NCBI GenBank assembly: GCA_035284745.1
Contig: JAYKIL010000012.1
Span: 86,605-150,604, forward strand
DNA: 64,000 nucleotides
Reading direction: 5' to 3'
DNA from: Candidatus Sericytochromatia bacterium
Lineage (GTDB): Bacteria; Cyanobacteriota; Sericytochromatia; S15B-MN24; JAQBPE01
Part shown: piece by piece, positions 49,435 to 59,124 of the stretch
How positions within the stretch are numbered: the first letter of the stretch is position 1
Layout of the letters: each line of letters begins with the position of its first letter
Position numbers and translations under genes: made by a program
The notes under the pieces: model-generated
What the model saw: only the letters and a program-made list of their open reading frames with translations
What the model was told of the DNA's origin: nothing
Database searches by the model: none

Positions 49435-49968
49435 CTAAGCAGCGATCACCGTCAAGCGCTCATCCACCTCCGCTTGCAGCAAATTCTGAATGGCACTTAA
49501 GGTACCAGCCACGGAACTGGGGCAAGAGCCACACGCTCCCTGATATCGAATGGTCAGCGTCGTATCTTCCAGCGAGACGACTTCTAACCCGCCACCATCT
49601 CCCGCCAAGGCAGGACGAATTTGAGCATCAATGACCGCATGGATTCGATCCAGCACATCATCACCGGTCAGTGCCGCCGCCGCATTCCCACCCAAAGTCA
49701 GTCCGTCGGCGACCGTTTCAATCACCCGGGCAACGGCGGGCGCGAGGGAACCCCAATCTGCGTCCGCGAGTTTATTGACCGTCACGAATCCCGGCATATA
49801 GAACACCGAGGTCACCCTGCCCAAAGCGAACAGCGAGGCCGCCAAGCGATCGCCATCGGCGGCGGAGGGGGTATCAAAACTGCGAGACCCACCCTCAATG
49901 AGGCGTCCCTCAACATTAAACTTCATCGCATTGGGATTGGGGGTCGGTTCAAAATTCAGAACTCTCAC
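49435..49968 (-). CDS. nfu: Nfu/NifU-like Fe-S cluster assembly protein (Nfu_N plus NifU C-terminal domain)
   Basis: GTG start: GGAGG, then T8, then GTG (MRVLNFEPTPNPNAMKF, typical Nfu_N). C-terminal CGSCPSS motif. Confidence 0.75.
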   Translation of the reverse strand: MRVLNFEPTPNPNAMKFNVEGRLIEGGSRSFDTPSAADGDRLAASLFALGRVTSVFYMPGFVTVNKLADADWGSLAPAVARVIETVADGLTLGGNAAAALTGDDVLDRIHAVIDAQIRPALAGDGGGLEVVSLEDTTLTIRYQGACGSCPSSVAGTLSAIQNLLQAEVDERLTVIAA

Positions 49969-50137
49969 AAAAAAAACCTCCAGGAACAGGGCCAACAGAA
50001 ATTTTGACAGCGGTCGCCCAAATTGTACCGCGAAATAAAACCACAGACCGGTGCCGTATGCAGTTGACGCCATTGGGGCAAAGGTGTTTCAACAAGAAAG
50101 GATTTTTTAACTCATTTGGCTGGGAGACCCTCTTCAT

Positions 50138-50599
50138 ATGACCACTACCAAAGACACCACACGTCCGGGCACCGGACCGTTGAACGATCAAGTGATGCCG
50201 CTGTTGCACGACATCTACAAGGCGGAGATGGCAGGTATCAATCGATACCTCCATTATTCGTTTATGATCATGGGGCACAATCGCATCCCCATTCAGGCTT
50301 GGTTCCGTTCTCAGGCGACAGAGAGCATGGACCACGCGACCATCATCGGTGAGAAAATCACCTCCTACGGGGGTCACCCTCCGATGGTTGCGGCGACGAC
50401 CGAAGAGACGAACCTGCACACGGTCGATGCGATATTGCGTGAAAGCCTTCAGCACGAGGAAGCAACCCTCCACCTCTATCGACGGTTGGTGGCGCTCGCG
50501 GGAGAAGACATTGCCCTCGAGGAATTAGCGCGGGGCTTCGTGCGAACGGAGACCGAGCACATCGACGAAGTCAAAAAGATGCTGCGCAGTCCGCACTAA
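50138..50599 (+). CDS. Dps/ferritin-like protein
   Basis: 153 aa. Four-helix ferritin pattern with putative ferroxidase residues (HYSFMIMGHN...W, EExxDH: ATESMDHAT). Divergent from nfu. Confidence 0.6.
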   Translation: MTTTKDTTRPGTGPLNDQVMPLLHDIYKAEMAGINRYLHYSFMIMGHNRIPIQAWFRSQATESMDHATIIGEKITSYGGHPPMVAATTEETNLHTVDAILRESLQHEEATLHLYRRLVALAGEDIALEELARGFVRTETEHIDEVKKMLRSPH

Positions 50600-50734
50600 C
50601 GGCGCATCATCGCGGGGCTCCTCTGGCTCGCTGAGCGGGCGGTCAGGGGAGCTTTTTTGTGGATGCCATGGGGTACCCGAGAAGATATTCAAAGCAGCGG
50701 GTAAGTATAAAACCGAATGGCAGGTGAGGTATTC

Positions 50735-51658
50735 ATGACAACTGGCGATTCCCGCGGAGCCTTGAGGCCCGGTGACCCTCCTCCCTTTTGGGAGGGCCCT
50801 TGGCAGCCGACCGTAAAGCCCGCCAGTCCTTCGCCCAACTCGGAACCCAGCGCGAGTCTCCCGCCGCCTAATGTGCCAGACCACGCACCCGTGACAGAGC
50901 GCGCGCGTCCTGTGCCGCCGCCCCCTCCCCCCGGCTCCCCCGGTCTCGTTCACAATTTGCTGGTTCACGGAACCCCGGCCACCATTACGGCTTTACCCGT
51001 TGCCGCCGATTCATCGGCCGCGCTGGCTTTGCGAAAACAGGCCAAACAAGCGCAAACTGACGGTCAATTGCCCCAGGCCATCGCGCTGCTGACAGAAGCC
51101 CTGAAATATGATGTTCGTGATGCCAGTCTCTACGCCCAACTCGGCCACACCTTGATGGCCGCCCGCGTGCCGGAGGACGCGGCCCACCATTTCTTGCTGG
51201 CGTACATGCTGGCCCCTCAAGATGCCCACATCGCGCGTTTGTCCGTGCACGCGGCTTGGGCGTTGGGCTATGTGGGCTGGGCCTTTCAAATTGCGCAGGC
51301 CCTTCACAAAATTCAGCCCGCGCCCGAGTGGGTTGAAATTGGGAGAGCAGCCGCGGTGTGGCTTAAGAGCGCCCGTCCGCCGGCAAGGAGCCTCGTATGC
51401 ACGACGTGTCGCCTCACCGCCGTGGTGCCTACCGAAACGGGTTGCCCCAAATGCAAGAAACCGGGGCTTGGCGCCCCTGCACAAGACACCGCATTGGCGG
51501 GTCTGCGTTTGCTACAGCAAAATCCCCCAACAGGCCGTTTGTTCGTTGGAGCCCACTGTCAAAGCTGCGGTCAGGATACGGTCGTCATCACCCAAACGGG
51601 CGGCCTGCGTTGTCTGCACTGCCAGAAGGCACCGCTGCCCAGCGTGAAAATGGTCTAG
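50735..51658 (+). CDS. Hypothetical protein: Pro-rich N-terminus, TPR-like helical region, two C-terminal CxxC zinc ribbons
   Basis: The ATG at 50735 sits 5 nt after AGGTGAGGT, preferred over 50717. PPPPPGSPG tract. Helical repeats (ALALRKQAKQAQTDGQLPQAIALLTEALKYD...). CTTCRL...CPKCKK and CQSCGQ...CLHCQ. Confidence 0.5.
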   Translation: MTTGDSRGALRPGDPPPFWEGPWQPTVKPASPSPNSEPSASLPPPNVPDHAPVTERARPVPPPPPPGSPGLVHNLLVHGTPATITALPVAADSSAALALRKQAKQAQTDGQLPQAIALLTEALKYDVRDASLYAQLGHTLMAARVPEDAAHHFLLAYMLAPQDAHIARLSVHAAWALGYVGWAFQIAQALHKIQPAPEWVEIGRAAAVWLKSARPPARSLVCTTCRLTAVVPTETGCPKCKKPGLGAPAQDTALAGLRLLQQNPPTGRLFVGAHCQSCGQDTVVITQTGGLRCLHCQKAPLPSVKMV

Positions 51659-51743
51659 AGCAGATTCAGACAAAACAGCCCGTTAATTTTTGGTGGTTTT
51701 AGACGTATCGCTGCAGCCCTTGGTTTGCAAGACTAGGACCGTG

Positions 51744-51965
51744 ATGGCAGCACATGGGGGCACGGCCTTGAGTAAATTCAAAATCGACCCGACAAGTTTG
51801 GGTTCGGGCGCGGACAATCGATTCCTGAAGGTCCTGCACGTAGCAGCCAAACTAAAAACCCGCTCGCGGGAACTGGTTCGGGCATCTTTGGCTGAGGAAT
51901 TTTTTCGCGAGAATCCGATGCCTTGGCTGCTTGATTCAGAACCTGTTGAAGAGCCGGCGAAATAG
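51744..51965 (+). CDS. Possible small hypothetical protein (73 aa)
   Basis: ORF MAAHGGTALSKFKIDPTSLGSGADNRFLKVLHVAAKLKTRSRELVRASLAEEFFRENPMPWLLDSEPVEEPAK in an otherwise empty 410-bp gap. Weak RBS. The composition is not shadow-like. Confidence 0.25.
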   Translation: MAAHGGTALSKFKIDPTSLGSGADNRFLKVLHVAAKLKTRSRELVRASLAEEFFRENPMPWLLDSEPVEEPAK

Positions 51966-51987
51966 CGATTGGACGTGCCTCCCGCCG

Positions 51988-52008
51988 TATGGTAGAAAAA
52001 TCTACCAT
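51988..52008 (+). promoter_or_regulatory. Palindrome ATGGTAGA-N5-TCTACCAT upstream of fba
   Basis: Perfect 8-bp inverted repeat 63 bp upstream of the fba start. Candidate operator or small hairpin. Confidence 0.25.
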
Positions 52009-52070
52009 CAGCGACGGCTTGTTTCCCGAGTGCGGTGCAACGCTCTGCCTCGGGGCCCTACGGAGGCAGT

Positions 52071-53153
52071 ATGACCATCAACACCGAATCGTCCACGCTC
52101 AATTGGGTGGAAAAGCTTTTGGGCAAAGACGCAGAGGCCCTGCTGTCTTACGAAAGCACAAAGATACCTCGGTCGATGCTTCATTTGCCGGGTCCAGACT
52201 TTATTGACCGCGTCTTTATGCACTCAGACCGCCCGCAGCCTGTCATCAATAATTTGCAGCGCCTCTTTAATTCGGGACGCCTCGCGGGCACGGGCTATCT
52301 TTCCATATTCCCTGTCGACCAAGGAATAGAGCACTCTGCAGGCTCATCGTTTGCGAAAAACCCGCTTTACTTTGACCCTGAAAATATCATTCGCCTCGCG
52401 CACGAAGGCGGCTGCAACGCCGTCGCATCCACCTTTGGGGTTCTATCCTCCTTGGCGCGGAAATATGCCCACAAAATTCCGTTCGTCGTAAAGATCAACC
52501 ACAACGAATTTTTGTCATACCCCAATTCCTACGACCAAGTGATGTTTGGAACCGTCGAAGATGCATACCAAATGGGGGCAGCAGCCGTCGGTGCGACCAT
52601 CTATTTCGGTTCCGAAGAGAGTCGTCGTCAAATTGTAGAGGTGTCGGAAGCGTTCGCGCGAGCCCATGAATTGGGAATGGCGACAATTCTGTGGTGCTAT
52701 ACCCGAAACAACGCCTTCAAAAAAGACGGCGTCGATTACCACACGGCGATGGACCTCAGTTCCCAAGCCTGCCATCTCGGATCTACCATCAAAGCGGACA
52801 TCATCAAGCAGAAACTCCCCGAAGTGCACGCCTCAGGCTATGACGCGATAAACTTTGGAAAGACAGATAAACGGGTTTATTCGGAACTCTCAACCGCCCA
52901 CGCCATCGATATGACGCGCTACCAGGTCGCTAATTGTTACATGGGACGGGCGGGCCTTATCAACAGTGGTGGCGCCTCCTCCGGTGAAACTGACCTTGCT
53001 GAGGCTGTTCGCACAGCCATCATCAACAAACGCGCGGGAGGTATGGGCCTTATCCTGGGGCGCCGGGCGTTCCAACGCCCCTTCGAAGAAGGCGTAGAAC
53101 TCCTTCAAGCGGTGCAAGACGTGTATCGTAACCCCGCCATCACCATCGCCTGA
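52071..53153 (+). CDS. fbaB: Class I fructose-bisphosphate aldolase (DhnA/FbaB type)
   Basis: ATG at 52071 sits 5 nt after GGAGG. Motifs [20 protein letters not shown] (Schiff-base Lys region) and ILWCYTRN. Confidence 0.8.
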   Translation: MTINTESSTLNWVEKLLGKDAEALLSYESTKIPRSMLHLPGPDFIDRVFMHSDRPQPVINNLQRLFNSGRLAGTGYLSIFPVDQGIEHSAGSSFAKNPLYFDPENIIRLAHEGGCNAVASTFGVLSSLARKYAHKIPFVVKINHNEFLSYPNSYDQVMFGTVEDAYQMGAAAVGATIYFGSEESRRQIVEVSEAFARAHELGMATILWCYTRNNAFKKDGVDYHTAMDLSSQACHLGSTIKADIIKQKLPEVHASGYDAINFGKTDKRVYSELSTAHAIDMTRYQVANCYMGRAGLINSGGASSGETDLAEAVRTAIINKRAGGMGLILGRRAFQRPFEEGVELLQAVQDVYRNPAITIA

Positions 53154-53182
53154 TCGCGAAAGTGAGGCCCGACGGGCGCGTA

Positions 53183-54265
53183 TTACAACGGCGCGCCCGT
53201 CGGCGATAGTGCCAATGCATGCGGATGGCTCTCTTGCATCGAGGCGGGTGTAATTCTCACCATCTCTATGGTCTGTTGGTGGAGATCCGCAATCGAGGCA
53301 GAATTACAGTAGCTCAAGCCAGAGCGAATGCCTCCCTCCAACTGGCGTATCAGGGGAGTCACCGGTCCCTTGTGAGGAATGAGGGTCGATATCCCCTCCG
53401 GTGTGCGATCCGTTCCAACCACGGCCATCGCACCGGAACTCGCCATCCCCCGGTAGACCTTGAAGGCGCGACCGTGCTCGTGAACTATCTCGCCCGGCGC
53501 CTCATCCGTTCCAGCAAACAAACTTCCAATCATCACGGTGTCTGCCCCTGCAACCAAGGCTTTCACAATATCCCCGCTGTTGCGGATGCCGCCATCGGCA
53601 ATCAGCGTGGGGGGGTGCTGAACCCTCGGGCGCGCCTTGCGCCGTTCAACGTCCCACCAGCGATTGATTGCGGCCCGACACTTCAAAATCGCCGTCAACT
53701 GCGGATATCCACATCCAGTCACAATCCGGGTAGTACAGACGGCCCCGGGGCCCACCCCTACTTTCAGCGCGTGCGCCCCCGCCTCCAACAAATCCCAACT
53801 TCCCTCCGCAGTGGCGACATTCCCCGCAATCACCCATAAATCTGGGTGGGCGGCGCGAACGGCCGCTATCGTCTCCATCACACGATCGTGATGACCGTGC
53901 GCCACATCGATAAGAACGCCATCGAGACCCTCCACCATCGGGATCTTATCCAGATCGGTCGCCTTAACCCCCACGGTGAGAATCCGAGGCCCCGGAGCCG
54001 CCGAAACCATCGCCGCGTGTTCGCCGGCATCAGGGATAAAACGGTGAATCATTCCGAGGCCGCCCAAGGCGCGCAGAGCTTTTGCCATCGCAAGTTCAGT
54101 CACCGTATCCATATTGGCAGAGATAATCGGCAACTCGAGCGTGAGATCCCCAACAAGGCGCGTACGCAAAGACACTTCGGTGCGCGAATAAATTGAAGAA
54201 CGTTTTGGCACGATCAATACATCGTCAAACGTCAAACCCGATTGCTCAATGAACTTTACGCCCAC
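53183..54265 (-). CDS. IMP dehydrogenase/GMP reductase-family protein lacking CBS subdomains (GuaB3-like)
   Basis: GTG start. Motifs [43 protein letters not shown] (catalytic Cys loop) and [34 protein letters not shown]. 360 aa, with no ~120-aa CBS insert. Confidence 0.75.
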   Translation of the reverse strand: MGVKFIEQSGLTFDDVLIVPKRSSIYSRTEVSLRTRLVGDLTLELPIISANMDTVTELAMAKALRALGGLGMIHRFIPDAGEHAAMVSAAPGPRILTVGVKATDLDKIPMVEGLDGVLIDVAHGHHDRVMETIAAVRAAHPDLWVIAGNVATAEGSWDLLEAGAHALKVGVGPGAVCTTRIVTGCGYPQLTAILKCRAAINRWWDVERRKARPRVQHPPTLIADGGIRNSGDIVKALVAGADTVMIGSLFAGTDEAPGEIVHEHGRAFKVYRGMASSGAMAVVGTDRTPEGISTLIPHKGPVTPLIRQLEGGIRSGLSYCNSASIADLHQQTIEMVRITPASMQESHPHALALSPTGAPL

Positions 54266-54465
54266 GGGTGGACACCCTTTCCTGGTAGATGACTCAAAGG
54301 AGTGATCAAAGCCTTAAATTTCGCGCCAAATCCGATCGCAGGCGCGACAGACTATGTTAAATCTGTTTGAATAATAGGTAAAGTGTGCGCACCCTGTGCG
54401 CCCCGATGCCCCCGCAGGGCCCAATGACGGACCCTCGCTTGAATTTAAGAAAAGGCCTCCTGCCC

Positions 54466-55197
54466 ATGCGCAAAGAAGTTCACCAATGGTACAGCCATCG
54501 CATCGGCGGCAACATGCCGATTGCCGTCTACGGCCACTATGGCTTCCCACTGCTTATGTTCCCCACTGCTGCGGCAGACTTTGAAGAGTATGAGCGTTTT
54601 CACCTCCTTTCCGTGATGCGCCCTTGGATCGATGCGGGAAAAGTCAAGGTTTATTCAATCAACAGCGTGAACGCGCATACTTGGATGAACACTCGAATCC
54701 ATCCCTCTGAGAGAGCCCACAAGCACGAGTTCTACGATGCCTACGTCACCAAGGAAGTAGTCCCCTTCATTTGGAACCACCAAGGCCAGCGTGGGGGTAT
54801 CATCACAACAGGGGCCAGCATGGGAGCGTATCACGCGATGAACTTCCTGCTTCGCCACCCCGACCTGTTTGATGGCACCATCGCGATGAGCGGAGCGTAC
54901 GACCTCTCCCCTTGGACCGACGGCCACATGGATAGCAATATCTACTTCAACTCTCCGATGGCCTATGTGCCCAATCTTCACGATCCTTGGTACCTCGATC
55001 GCTTGCGTTCGAAGCGCCACATCCATATCCTGACCGGCCAAGGGGCCTACGAAGCGCCGGGACAATCCGCGCGCATGGCTCGCGACTTGTGGGCTAAAGG
55101 CATCCCCGCGAACCTCGATATGTGGGGTCACGACATGCGGCATGACTGGCCGACCTGGCGCGCGATGATGCCTTTGTATCTCGAACACGCCTTCTAA
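54466..55197 (+). CDS. Alpha/beta-hydrolase putative esterase family protein
   Basis: Pfam00756-like pattern: HQWYSHRIGGNMPIAVYGHYG... and the nucleophile elbow GASMGAYHA. Start could be ATG 54424 or 54466. Confidence 0.65.
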   Translation: MRKEVHQWYSHRIGGNMPIAVYGHYGFPLLMFPTAAADFEEYERFHLLSVMRPWIDAGKVKVYSINSVNAHTWMNTRIHPSERAHKHEFYDAYVTKEVVPFIWNHQGQRGGIITTGASMGAYHAMNFLLRHPDLFDGTIAMSGAYDLSPWTDGHMDSNIYFNSPMAYVPNLHDPWYLDRLRSKRHIHILTGQGAYEAPGQSARMARDLWAKGIPANLDMWGHDMRHDWPTWRAMMPLYLEHAF

Positions 55198-55218
55198 GCC
55201 GGAGGTAACGAAAAAAAA

Positions 55219-55256
55219 GCAGAACGGTCCTCGACTCTCGGGGGCCGTTCTGCTTT
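55219..55256 (+). terminator. Bidirectional-looking intrinsic terminator after the esterase gene
   Basis: GCAGAACGG / CCGTTCTGC 9-bp stem (55219-55227 / 55245-55253) followed by TTT. Preceded by an A8 run (55211-55218), so a T run exists on both strands. Confidence 0.5.
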
Positions 55257-55289
55257 GCACTCCCACGCTCTGCTGTTATCTTCATTTCT

Positions 55290-55742
55290 ATGACTGAATT
55301 CGCTGCTTTCGATGATGAGCCCGACATGCAAATGTGCCGGGTGTGCCGGGAAGAAAAATTTCTTACAGAATTTCAGGCGGACGGCAAAGGAGGACGGCGG
55401 CCTGAATGCCGCACGTGTTGCAACGCCCAAAGAGTGACGTGGGCTCACTCTACGCCCGAACGCCACGCACGCGCCCTCAAACTGAGAAAAGATTATGTGG
55501 ACCGCCGCAGAGCAGCGCCGGGCGGACACACCGAGGACGAGTGGCAAGCCAGGGTTCGGCAATATGAAGGCCGATGTGCATACTGTGGCCGCGGTGATCG
55601 CGCGTTGGTCCGGGAGCACGTACAACCCCTGATTGCGGGTGGCACCAATGATATCGACAATATCGTCCCCGCGTGCCAGCCCTGCAATGCCCGTAAATAC
55701 AGTCGTACCGACATCATTCCAGAACCACCACCCTCCATGTAG
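55290..55742 (+). CDS. HNH endonuclease with N-terminal Cys4 zinc finger
   Basis: CRVCREE...CRTCC zinc finger. HNH core CAYCGRGD...EHVQPLIAGGTNDIDNIVPACQPCNARK. Confidence 0.7.
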   Translation: MTEFAAFDDEPDMQMCRVCREEKFLTEFQADGKGGRRPECRTCCNAQRVTWAHSTPERHARALKLRKDYVDRRRAAPGGHTEDEWQARVRQYEGRCAYCGRGDRALVREHVQPLIAGGTNDIDNIVPACQPCNARKYSRTDIIPEPPPSM

Positions 55743-55885
55743 GAGGCCCTCACCTTCTGATCCGGCCCTTTCGCTCGCCGCAGCCATCCACTACAATGTG
55801 ACGGGTGTCACACTGGGGTGGACCAACAAGGCCCTGCAAGGGTTTTGTCCGCGCGAAGCCCACCAACTTGAAATGGAGCGCTCCT

Positions 55886-57073
55886 TTGTCAGAACAAAAG
55901 CCCCTGAATATCCTGTGCATCGCCGGCTCTCTCTTGGGTCGCCCTTTCATGTACGAAGCCAAGAAGTTGGGTCATAACATTTATGTCTTGACGGGTGAAA
56001 AAGTCCTGAAAGAAGCGTGGCCGCGTGAAATTATCACTGATATTTACGCAGTCCCGAATTTGTTCGACGAAAAGGTCGTGCGGAACGCCATCAGCTACAT
56101 TGCGCGCGACGTGAAATTTGACCGTATTGTTCCGATGGGTGACTGGGAAATGGAAGTTGCGGCATTCCTGCGTGAGCATTTTCGCTCGCCGGGCATGGGT
56201 GAAACGACCATGCGCTACTTCCGAGACAAACTTGCCATGCGGATGAAAGCCAAAGAAGACGGCATTCCTGTTCCAGAGTTCACCCCATTGTTTAACTGGC
56301 GTGAAATTCACGAGTACCTGGACCGGGTGCCTGCTCCGTGGATCATCAAACCTCGGCAGGAAGCAGCCTCGATGGGTATCACCAAGATCAACACAAGAGA
56401 AGAGCTCTGGCCCGTTCTCGACAAACTGGGGGACAAAATGTCGCTCACCTTGCTCGAGAAGTATACACCCGGCGACGTCTTTCACGTCGACTCTGTCGTA
56501 CACGAGCACGAGGTGGCCTATGCCTCCTGCTCACGGTACGGGACCCCAATGCTCGACCTCAATAAGACGGGCGGTATGTTCACCACCCGTCAACTGAAAC
56601 GCGGAAGTGAAGATGAGACAGCCCTTCAAGCCCTCAACCGCGAGGTCATCAAAACACTGAACCTCAAACGTGGGGTGACCCACATTGAGTACATCAAAAG
56701 CCGCGAAGACGGGAAATTCTACTTTTTGGAAGCCGGTGCCCGCGTGGGAGCCGCTCGCATTCCAGACGTTATTTTTCACGGCCAAGACATCTGCTTGTGG
56801 TGGGAGTGGGCTCGCATCGAGATTGCACAAGGTCCCGCCAGGCTCGACACGCCGGGGCAAGGATATGCGGGGGCCATCATCACCCTCGCCAACCGCGAGA
56901 ACCCCGACCTATCGGCCTATACCGATCCTGAAATTGTCTATCGCCAAGCGCGCAAATGGCACGCGGGCCTGATTGTGAAGTCGGACAGCCAGGAACGGGT
57001 AGAGGAACTTTTGTCTCAGTATGCACAGCGTTTCGCGCACGACTTCACGGTGCACGTGCCTTTACAGGCCTGA
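55886..57073 (+). CDS. ATP-grasp domain carboxylate-amine ligase-like protein
   Basis: TTG start 7 nt after GGAG (MSEQKPLNILCIAG). Pre-ATP-grasp Rossmann N-terminus. ATP-grasp motifs WIIKPRQEAASMGI, LLEKYTPGDVFHVDS and HIEYIKSREDGKFYFLEAGARVGA. Confidence 0.65.
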   Translation: MSEQKPLNILCIAGSLLGRPFMYEAKKLGHNIYVLTGEKVLKEAWPREIITDIYAVPNLFDEKVVRNAISYIARDVKFDRIVPMGDWEMEVAAFLREHFRSPGMGETTMRYFRDKLAMRMKAKEDGIPVPEFTPLFNWREIHEYLDRVPAPWIIKPRQEAASMGITKINTREELWPVLDKLGDKMSLTLLEKYTPGDVFHVDSVVHEHEVAYASCSRYGTPMLDLNKTGGMFTTRQLKRGSEDETALQALNREVIKTLNLKRGVTHIEYIKSREDGKFYFLEAGARVGAARIPDVIFHGQDICLWWEWARIEIAQGPARLDTPGQGYAGAIITLANRENPDLSAYTDPEIVYRQARKWHAGLIVKSDSQERVEELLSQYAQRFAHDFTVHVPLQA

Positions 57074-57154
57074 AACAGAGCGGTCGTTGTATTTCTTTCA
57101 AGGGGCCCCCTGAGGACAGGAGGCCCCTTGAGCAGTTGCAGGGGGTAAATTTCG

Positions 57155-58942
57155 TTACGCCAGGGTGGCTTCAAAATCGTCAATCAGGCTTTCAACCGCC
57201 GCAAGACCTTTTTGCCAAAAGGATACATCCAACGGATCCTCGCCAATTTTCCCCAACAAATCGCCCACCCCCGGCGCAAGCCCTGCGGCCAATAGCCCCA
57301 TAAAGTCATCCGCAAACTTGGCTCCCTCTTCCCGCCAGCGCTGCCTGAGGGCGTACACCATCGTCAACCCGATGGGGTAATTCAAACAATAAAACGGCAT
57401 CCCAAACGCGTGATGATGGACCAGCCACCCCCAGGCCAGCCAATCCGGGAGATAAACGCCAGGACCATAGACTGCCCGCCGTTGAGCCATCCACAGATTG
57501 CTGAGGATTTCAGCCGAGAGGGGCCCACGGCGTCGTAACGCGTGGATCTGTTGTTCCCATCGGGTCAGCCCCACCTGCAAGAACAAGGTCCCCACTGTCG
57601 TGTCCAGCCAGGCGCCCAACAAAGCACGCCGCGCGTCGTCGCTCGGCGCCTCCGCCACGAGGCGTTCAAAAGTCAGCAACTCGCCCAGCGTCGACGGTGT
57701 TTCCGAAAACAAACCAGAGCGCAGATTCATGTATCTGTCGACCTCGCCGGTCACGCGATAGTGGACCCCGTGGCCCAACTCGTGGGCCAGTGTCAATACA
57801 TCGCGAATGCGATTGGTATAGTTGACACACACATAGGGGTGGCGCCCCGGTGTCGACCACGAGCAAAAGGCTCCGGCCCACTTACCAGGCGCAGGCGCCG
57901 CATCAATGTAGCCCCCGTCAAAGAAACGGTCAATATAGCGTCCCAGCCGCGGCGAGAAACCCGAATATGCATCGTGAACAATGCGACGGGCCTGTGCAAA
58001 TGAATACTGTAAAGGTTCATCACCCAACGGTGCTTGAATGTCCCAAGCCGCAAAATCCGAAATACCGAGGGCTCGGGCTTTCAGTGCCATGTAACGATGA
58101 ACCAAGTCGTAGCGAGCCTCTACTGTACTAAGAACGGTCTCGATAGCACCCTCATCAATGCGCTCATCCAGCAAGAGTTCCGAATATGGCAATGAATAGC
58201 CCCGGAGGTCGGCATTGATTCGAGCATCCTCGGTGATGGCATTCATCACGGCACTGATGACGTCCCGTTGATTGACCAAGGAATTTGCAATCGCCTCGGT
58301 TGCCAAACGCCGAGTGACCCGATCAGGACTGGTCGTCAAACGGTTGGCCTCCGCAGGCGTCACCGACCTGACCTCGTCTGCCGTTTGCAAAATGATACCT
58401 TTCGCCAACGAGACGGTGGTATACAGTTGCCGCCAAGCCTGAACCCCCGATTGCTCTTTGCGCGTGACGACCTTCGCGACTTCATCACTCAACGCGTGGG
58501 GCGCTTGCCGTCGCAGCCGTCGCAGGTGATCGCGCCACGGTGCGAGGGCTGCGGCCTCACAAAACGACCCAAACAACGTTTCCGACAAGTGTTGCAATTC
58601 GTAAACGAAGAAATTAGTTTCGCCGCGAATGACACTCGTTTCACCCTGAAGGCGGGCATTCAAAGCCTGAGATTTTTCATCTCGCGTATCGAGACAAAAA
58701 CTCAAAAACGCATAGTCTGCCAAATCGCTCAGGCGCGCGCCCACCTCATCAAATTGCTCGCATGCCAAGTGCAACTCATCGACAGACAGGCCCTCCACCC
58801 GGGCGTGGTAGGTTTGGCGAAACTGTATCGCTAAATGGCGGGCGTGCGCCAAATCCTGCTCTATTTTGGGATCATCCGGTCCCGAATAGTACTCTCGGAG
58901 ATCCCAGCGAGTTAGCTCTTCACTCTGTGCGACAGACATCAA
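57155..58942 (-). CDS. M3-family oligoendopeptidase (second paralog)
   Basis: Zinc motif LAHELGHGVH with downstream E. 595 aa. Confidence 0.8.
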   Translation of the reverse strand: MMSVAQSEELTRWDLREYYSGPDDPKIEQDLAHARHLAIQFRQTYHARVEGLSVDELHLACEQFDEVGARLSDLADYAFLSFCLDTRDEKSQALNARLQGETSVIRGETNFFVYELQHLSETLFGSFCEAAALAPWRDHLRRLRRQAPHALSDEVAKVVTRKEQSGVQAWRQLYTTVSLAKGIILQTADEVRSVTPAEANRLTTSPDRVTRRLATEAIANSLVNQRDVISAVMNAITEDARINADLRGYSLPYSELLLDERIDEGAIETVLSTVEARYDLVHRYMALKARALGISDFAAWDIQAPLGDEPLQYSFAQARRIVHDAYSGFSPRLGRYIDRFFDGGYIDAAPAPGKWAGAFCSWSTPGRHPYVCVNYTNRIRDVLTLAHELGHGVHYRVTGEVDRYMNLRSGLFSETPSTLGELLTFERLVAEAPSDDARRALLGAWLDTTVGTLFLQVGLTRWEQQIHALRRRGPLSAEILSNLWMAQRRAVYGPGVYLPDWLAWGWLVHHHAFGMPFYCLNYPIGLTMVYALRQRWREEGAKFADDFMGLLAAGLAPGVGDLLGKIGEDPLDVSFWQKGLAAVESLIDDFEATLA

Positions 58943-59124
58943 AAACTCCGAGGCGGCAGGGCCTCCTGCCCCCTTAAACCCGAGGTCTGAACATTCTAAA
59001 CCCTGTTTGAGAACTTGCCATCAGGGCAGCGCCACGGGCCTTCATTGCTCAAAATTCAGCCCCTTGACGCCCACACCCAGCCCCCTTAAGGTGGATGTGT
59101 TCAAGATTTAACCGTTGAGACCTG

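Noticed and set aside
50607-50660. Possible terminator after the Dps-like gene (GC-rich segment followed by TTTTTT at about 50650)
   Set aside because: A T6 run is present but I could not identify a convincing complementary stem by eye, so it is not annotated as a feature.
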